From assembly GCA_020536535.1 (NCBI GenBank), contig JAHLWZ010000956.1:1-38377 (forward strand): a DNA stretch of 38,377 nucleotides, written 5' to 3'. The translations under genes were made by a program, and so were the position numbers. Source of the stretch: Pelomyxa schiedti (lineage: Eukaryota > Protista > Evosea). The notes beneath the pieces were generated by a model. It was not told the origin of the DNA and did not search any database. It saw only the letters and a list, made by a program, of their open reading frames with translations. Of the stretch, positions 32,815-38,377 are shown one piece after another (positions within the stretch are counted from its first letter, which is position 1; the number at the start of each line of letters is the position of its first letter).

Positions 32815-33118
32815 AATATCCTTTACACAAAGCTGGTTTTTTTTTTGTCACACAGCATCTGACCCTCAGTTCAGGGCAGAATTTTCGACATTTTTCCATT
32901 TCCTGCTTTTCTTTTTTTCCTGCTTTTTTTTCTGCAGCAGCACTGCATTCCAGCAGTGCTGCAAACTGCGTGCTGCGTTTTTTGGGCAGCTGGTCTGGCA
33001 GCTTTGTTGCCATCTCCCACAGACACTGCGAACAAGAAAACGATCTGCTAGCATCTGCTGGTGCAGCTAGCATAAATGCCAGCTGCGCCAGACATGCTAA
33101 AAGCGTTTTTTGGGGTAA

Positions 33119-34180
33119 GTCTATTGGACAAGGTAAAGGGATTTTCCTGTTGTTACCATCTTGACCATACATTCAACAAGGTTGTGAAAATGGTAATAGC
33201 TAAAAGGTTTGGAGTGGATGAGAACCAGCAAGTTGTCTCTTTCAAAGGGGATGGAAACAACACCCTTCTCTCTGAAACTGCAACATTATCTCTTTTATCC
33301 TTTAAAGGAGTTCCAGGTTCCCTGAATTGATTCTGAATTTCCTAAAAACCTGCAGAGTTGAAGGTAGAACTGATACAGCTGAGTACAATTGCTGAGTCTG
33401 ATCTGCAACCTATTTGCCCTTTGGGCAGTGGAAGTTATGGAACAGTGGTAAAGTGCCTCCACATCCCCTCAGCCAGGGAAGTTGCTGTGAAAACAATGTA
33501 CGCTGTTATTGAATCAGACAGAATTTTATCTTGGAGGCAGAGGTTACTTGCTCAGTTTGTATGCAGTTCCTCACAAAAACTAGATTGTGAGTGGGTTGAG
33601 GCACCCCAACATTGTGAAGTGCACTGGCACATGTGTCACTGGGCCTGGGAGACTACAGATTGTGTCGGAGGTACTGTGTTGTAGCCTCAAACAGCTTATC
33701 AAACAGGTTTCCGAAATTGTGTAACAAGTGACTGTGAACTAATTAATGTACTGACAAAGAAAAAGCATCTGAGTTTCAATGAAGTTGCAGCCATATCACT
33801 GAACATTGCCAAGGGAATGGATAGCCTACACAGGTCTTCTTGTGGTCACAACAAATCCTTTTCAACCATTGCACAAACAACAGGCAGAAATACATGCACC
33901 GTGACTTGAGCAGCAACAATGTTCTTTTTGGATCAGAGGGAGTTCCAAAAATTTGTGACTTTGGTATTGTCAACCACTTACAAATAGATTTACTGTGAAC
34001 ACACCTTGTGTAAAAGGTGTGTCCCAGGTTGTTGGTCACGAAAGGTCTTCAAAAGAGTACACTGCTGCACCAGGTACAGCTGTTTACATGGCCCCCCAGA
34101 TGTTAACAAGTCATGGACATTGTTTCACTGACAGCCACCACATCACCAACAACAATGGGAGTAGAACAAGTCACAGATGA
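33119..34180 (+). pseudogene. TKL-like protein kinase pseudogene with possible N-terminal ubiquitin-like domain, truncated after subdomain VIII
   Basis: LGSGSYGTV, VAVK, LRHPNIV, MHRDLSSNNVL, KICDFG, PGTAVYMAPQM. Frameshift near 33520 and no subdomain IX-XI before the stop at 34180. Confidence 0.8.
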
Positions 34181-34388
34181 CCAGGTGAACGATTGTGTCT
34201 CCCAGTGGCTCTCACTCCTCACACCTTACATTCTGGCTTCCTCATCACACTGAACTGAAAGAGACACAGTTTTGTGCCTGCAGGCAAGATTACTTACAGC
34301 ATCCCACACCAAGCTCAAGGAAAAAAAATTAAATGGCAGTTTTAATGGTCGTTCTAATGGTGTTACATCACAAAATGATAATTGCCTC

Positions 34389-34778
34389 TCAGTACTTTTC
34401 TTCAATCACTACGATGCCTCTTCCCTTGCACTTGTGATTCTCGCTGTTGTGCATGTCGATGACGCAAAGCTCACCACTGGCAAGTGAGCCAGTGTATCTC
34501 ACAGTGTAGTCCTCCAATGGTGACGAGAACGTTGCTGTGGCGTCGAGGGCACCAGTGAGTCGGTTGTATGTCCCCGACAGCGTCTTGGTTTGTGCCGACG
34601 GGTCGTCGTTGAGGTGGGATGTCCTGTAAACGTGGTCATTCTCGTTTACCTATGATGGTTACATTACTTCGTTTGTTTGGCTGTGTTGTAACTTGAATCT
34701 ATAATACTAAGTATATAATACAAGGTGCGGGTTGATGTTGAGGAGTGTGGGAACATTACACTGAATTCCAGAGCCCAT
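34389..34778 (-). CDS. Small orphan two-exon ORF or remnant of a longer gene
   Basis: ATG 34778, GT-AG intron 34721-34650, then an 86-codon stop-free exon VNENDHVYR..KTLSGTYNRLTGALDATATF..YTVRYTGSL..VVIEEKY*. The same frame has two stops upstream. Confidence 0.4.
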
Positions 34779-35170
34779 CCTATTGTGCTACTTGTTCGAC
34801 TCTCCAGCCCACGAAGTGCTGGCTCCCTTGCCTCATCTCCCTCCGATCTTCACAGAGAGCTCCCTCAAAAAGAAAAAAGAACGTTACAGCAACACAGCAT
34901 AGAATAAATAATAAATAAATATTTATTACAAATATTTATTTATTTGTGAGCATCGAGAGTGAATTCTTCTTTAACATACCCAGAAGAAGGAGAATTCCCC
35001 GGCGGCTCGACGAGGATTCCTGCCTCATGGCCTCCCACTTTTGAGCAACTTCGCTCTCTCTTTTTTATCTGTTCGAGGTCTACGCTGCTGTAGTCGTTGG
35101 TGCCACCGAGTCGGTTGACTGATCGTTCTGTTTTCCATCACTTTCCCTGAAATCAAACGCCTGAGGGGCG

Positions 35171-36355
35171 ATGCAAAAAGTGCCGATCGAGTCGGTCATC
35201 GACGCACGGTCGCAGTTCGTTGCGTTCGCATGTGCGTCTATCCAAAGGTGCGCCACGGCACAACCACCACCACAACAAACCACCACGACCACCCCGGCCG
35301 CCAGTTTTTTCTACCGCGAGAACCCGGCGCTGTTCGCGGAGTTTGGCCGCCAGTGGGTCGCCGGCTGCTCTCGGCAAGTCGCCGCCACGCTGATCCGCAG
35401 CCAGTCCAGGGACACCTGGCCCTGCGTCGTCACGAGGGTGAACGTGTTCGTCGGCCTGAGCGCGACCCTGGGCGTCGTGTGGTGCGCCGCGTGGACCCCG
35501 CCTCGCTCGGTCTTGGCCACCGCGGTGCCCATAGGCGACTGGACCGTGCACCGGACACTCGGCGATGACAGGTTCCTGGTGACCGGCGGCGTGATTGACC
35601 GGAGCGGGGGGGTTGTGGCCCCGCTGGAGGTGCCTGCGAGGGACGTGCTGCCGGCGTACGGGGTCTGGGTGGGCAACCACAAGTGGCTGGTGTGCGCGGA
35701 CCCTGGGATAGAGATGGCAGTGTGGAGGATGGGAGAGGGTGGGGCCCAGGTGGGCGGCGGCCCCAGTCTCGTGACTTGCACGGCGCCGATGTATGGCGTG
35801 GGGGCCAGGTTCTCGCCTTTCGATCCTTTCAGTGATGAGCTTGTTGCTGTTGGTCAAGGCGATGATGGGAGTGCGCGCCTTTCCTTCATCAACCTTGAGA
35901 AGAGCATTATATCTGGGGTGTCAGAGGTGACTGCGACACGCATTCTGCCGCAATCACGCCCATTCGACTTGGTGTGGGCGGCGCCAGACACGATCCTGAC
36001 CTTGCACATGGGCGGCGACAACAGGGTCTATAACACCAAGACTGGCGAGTTGCATGTGTTCCCTCTGGAAAAGTACAAGGGCGTGGACTTTCTCTCGCCA
36101 TCACACATCAGTGCTCTGCTGCAGGACACAACAGGCAGATGCAAGGTGGCAGATGTTTTCAGTGCATCGGACCTTTGCCACCCTTTACCCCAAATGGAAT
36201 GCTGGGAGTCCGACCCAGCCTCCAGAATCCACGTGACAGATCCTGGAATCGTTGCTGTGCAGATGGCCTCTGACAATTCCAAAAATCAAGGGAGGGTGGC
36301 AGTCCACGATTCAATCACCGGCAAATCAATTGTCATTCTCAGTCTGACACCATGA
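35171..36355 (+). CDS. Intronless hypothetical protein, tandem paralogue 1
   Basis: 394-aa ORF sharing blocks along its whole length with the next ORF (DAxSQFVAxACASIxRC, NPALxAEFGRxWV, GLSATxGVVWC, FSPFxxFxDELV, VYNTKTGE, HDSITG). Confidence 0.85.
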   Translation: MQKVPIESVIDARSQFVAFACASIQRCATAQPPPQQTTTTTPAASFFYRENPALFAEFGRQWVAGCSRQVAATLIRSQSRDTWPCVVTRVNVFVGLSATLGVVWCAAWTPPRSVLATAVPIGDWTVHRTLGDDRFLVTGGVIDRSGGVVAPLEVPARDVLPAYGVWVGNHKWLVCADPGIEMAVWRMGEGGAQVGGGPSLVTCTAPMYGVGARFSPFDPFSDELVAVGQGDDGSARLSFINLEKSIISGVSEVTATRILPQSRPFDLVWAAPDTILTLHMGGDNRVYNTKTGELHVFPLEKYKGVDFLSPSHISALLQDTTGRCKVADVFSASDLCHPLPQMECWESDPASRIHVTDPGIVAVQMASDNSKNQGRVAVHDSITGKSIVILSLTP

Positions 36356-36640
36356 AGCTGCCTGAGCACACCAACCATACTGATAATTGCTAGTCAATCC
36401 AGTTGGTTTTTGTTCGAACAATGCGAATTTGCGAAGTATTCCTCGTGCCCCACAAGTAGAAGCTGGTTACATTCATTACGAATAAAAGGTAGCCTCCTTG
36501 GAGAAGAATCTAACTCCGAGGAGGGGAAGGTTGGAAGTCAACCCCTTCCAATTGAAGACACGAAAAAGGACGTTTATTTGCTTTATGTGTTTGGGTGGGT
36601 ACTTCCTGAACATCCCCTTCTCAGTTTTTTTTTCCGAAAC

Positions 36641-37777
36641 ATGCTTACCAGTGTTGTTGATGCGGGATCGCAATTCGTTGCGCTCGCGTGTGCGTCGATT
36701 GACCGGTGTGGACGAGGCAGCGCAGCGGCCCGTTTTGTCGCGAGCGGCAACCCCGCCCTGTTAGCGGAATTCGGCCGCCGGTGGGTCGTCGCCTGCGCGA
36801 GGCAAGTTGGTTCCACGCTGCTGTTGACCCCATCGAGCAGCAGCAGCAGGGCACACACAAAGGCGCACGTGTTCATGGGCCTGAGTGCAACTATGGGAGT
36901 TGTGTGGTGCAAGTGCTGGGGGGAGTCGGCGTCGACGCGCGACTGGATTGTGCAGGTGACCGTTGGCGGTGACAGGTTCGTGGCCACTGACAACTGGAGG
37001 GAAGCCTGGGTGATAGACGGCGGCGGCGGAGTGGTTTCGCCGCTCAGAAGCCAGGTTCACGCACCGGTGATTAGCTTCTGGGCGAACAACGAGAAGTGGC
37101 TGGTCAGGGTCGACAGTGGGAGTGAACGGAAGAAGCTCATTGTGTGGAGGATGAGTGGGGGAGAGCCGGTGGGACCTGGCGTTGGTGTGGAATGCACTGA
37201 GGGCGTTTCTGGGGTCTGTGCAAAGTTCTCGCCATTCAGTGCTTTTGGCGACGAGCTGGTGTTTTCAAGTTCCGAGGACACCTGTGCCTTCCTCAGTGCG
37301 GGGAGGGAAAGCCTCTCTTTCGTGGACATTGATAAGAGCATTGCATCTGGTGTGACAGTGGTGACAAAGGAATACCCACTGCCACTGATAAACCTGATTG
37401 ACTTTGTCTGGGCAGATCCAGACACGATCCTCACAATGCACAGTGACACTGACAGCATCGTTTACAACACAAAGACTGGTGAATCTAAGGTGTTCCCTGT
37501 TTCACAGTATCAGCGCATGGAAGCCATTTCCCCAGAGCACATCGCATTCTCACTTGGATCCACGGGAACAACAAACGAAAGGAGAACCACTGTGAGAGTT
37601 GTATACAGTGCCAGAGACTTAAGTCATCCATCACACCAATACGAACGCCAGAATTCATCCTTTCGCGTTCATTCCACGGAGAAAGGAATCTATGTTGCCG
37701 AAATGGACAACCCCAGAACAGTGGTCATCCACGATTCCATCACAGGAACCCCACTTGCCTTTCTCACAATCTCATAA
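36641..37777 (+). CDS. Intronless hypothetical protein, tandem paralogue 2
   Basis: ATG 36641 aligns with the start of paralogue 1; 378 aa with the same conserved blocks. Confidence 0.85.
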   Translation: MLTSVVDAGSQFVALACASIDRCGRGSAAARFVASGNPALLAEFGRRWVVACARQVGSTLLLTPSSSSSRAHTKAHVFMGLSATMGVVWCKCWGESASTRDWIVQVTVGGDRFVATDNWREAWVIDGGGGVVSPLRSQVHAPVISFWANNEKWLVRVDSGSERKKLIVWRMSGGEPVGPGVGVECTEGVSGVCAKFSPFSAFGDELVFSSSEDTCAFLSAGRESLSFVDIDKSIASGVTVVTKEYPLPLINLIDFVWADPDTILTMHSDTDSIVYNTKTGESKVFPVSQYQRMEAISPEHIAFSLGSTGTTNERRTTVRVVYSARDLSHPSHQYERQNSSFRVHSTEKGIYVAEMDNPRTVVIHDSITGTPLAFLTIS

Positions 37778-37922
37778 AGAAAAATTAGCACTAGCTTGTC
37801 TCATCCCTCATTGCTTGGATCACTGATTATTTCAAGAAGAAAAAAGAAAGATTTGAAAAAGAGGGAGCCCAAGATCTTTAGGAGTTATAGACTGTTTATG
37901 CCGTTGCTATTGTGTTTGTGTT

Positions 37923-38377
37923 TCAGGGCAAATTGGAACAAACCCAGTCCAGGCCCTCAGCAAATCCCATGCCTGTGATTGCAGAGGTGGGTTGAATCGT
38001 CCACTTGTTCTTCACGTTGTGCATTTCGAGCATGTCTGCAAGTTCACTCTTGCTCAAGCTATCCGGCAAGTCATTTTTGTTCGCAAGAACCAACACTAGA
38101 GCGTTGCGGAGCGCAGTATTACGGAGAGCTTCTTGAAGCGCATCGCGGGATTCTCTGATTCTCCCGCGGTCATGTGCGTCAGCAACCCAGATGAAAACTC
38201 CAGTGTCATCGTAATACTGAAGTGTAAGTGTTAGCGGTTTATCGGGTATGTGTTGCAGGTTGTTGTGGGTTCTACAACATACATAGTGCCACATAGATCT
38301 GGCCAGATTGGTGCCGCCAAAATCTGAAACCATAAACTTGCGGTTTTTGACCTCAAGAGGCTCCATGTTGAATCCAA
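37923..38377 (-). CDS. Divergent Arf-family small GTPase domain, 5' part outside the window
   Basis: GFNMEPLEVKNRKFMVSDFGG, WVADAHDRGRI, LVLANKNDLP, IQPTSAITGMGFAEGLDWV. An in-frame 66-nt GT-AG intron (38282-38217) explains the insertion in the ORF track. Confidence 0.85.
   Translation of the reverse strand, partial: GFNMEPLEVKNRKFMVSDFGGTNLARSMWHYVCCRTHNNLQHIPDKPLTLTLQYYDDTGVFIWVADAHDRGRIRESRDALQEALRNTALRNALVLVLANKNDLPDSLSKSELADMLEMHNVKNKWTIQPTSAITGMGFAEGLDWVCSNLP

Larger units (their letters stand above)
31099..33115. mobile_element. PIF/Harbinger-superfamily-like DNA transposon, non-autonomous/decayed; ends approximate
   Basis: Divergent Myb/SANT gene and DDE_Tnp_4-like transposase remnant. 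Candidate TAA target duplication at 31096-31098 and 33116-33118 with CCC...GGGG termini. Both ends are rich in CTGGC/GCAGC motifs. TIR match is weak. Confidence 0.7.

Noticed and set aside
32311-33172. Minus-strand ORFs 32311-32658 and 32738-33172
   Set aside because: Antisense to the transposase and its subterminal region; the conserved motifs are on the plus strand.

Overview
Compact, intron-rich eukaryotic DNA with many 30-70 nt introns (mostly GT-AG, two GC-AG) and short intergenic gaps. Gene content and style suggest an amoebozoan, possibly a Pelomyxa-like archamoeba (inference only). Hand-spliced genes in order: 5'-incomplete LCAT-like alpha/beta hydrolase; DUF1152 protein; decayed kinase; WDR11; PARP-family protein with six MIU-like motifs and a BRCT domain; Arg-Asp-repeat RasGAP fused to a CARMIL-like PH-LRR region; USP32-like deubiquitinase; two hypothetical genes; GH14 beta-amylase; intronless tyrosine-phosphatase-family gene. 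Then comes a roughly 2 kb PIF/Harbinger-like DNA transposon that the ORF track does not resolve (about 31099-33115): an apparently intact spliced Myb/SANT gene head-to-head with a decayed, intron-containing DDE transposase, with TAA on both sides and repeat/hairpin-rich subtermini. It is followed by a CpG-poor truncated kinase pseudogene, a small orphan gene, two tandem intronless paralogues and a divergent Arf GTPase cut by the window edge. Bases 1-46 are a perfect inverted copy of 1202-1247, probably a chimera. All exon models and domain calls are by eye and need RNA-seq and HMM confirmation.
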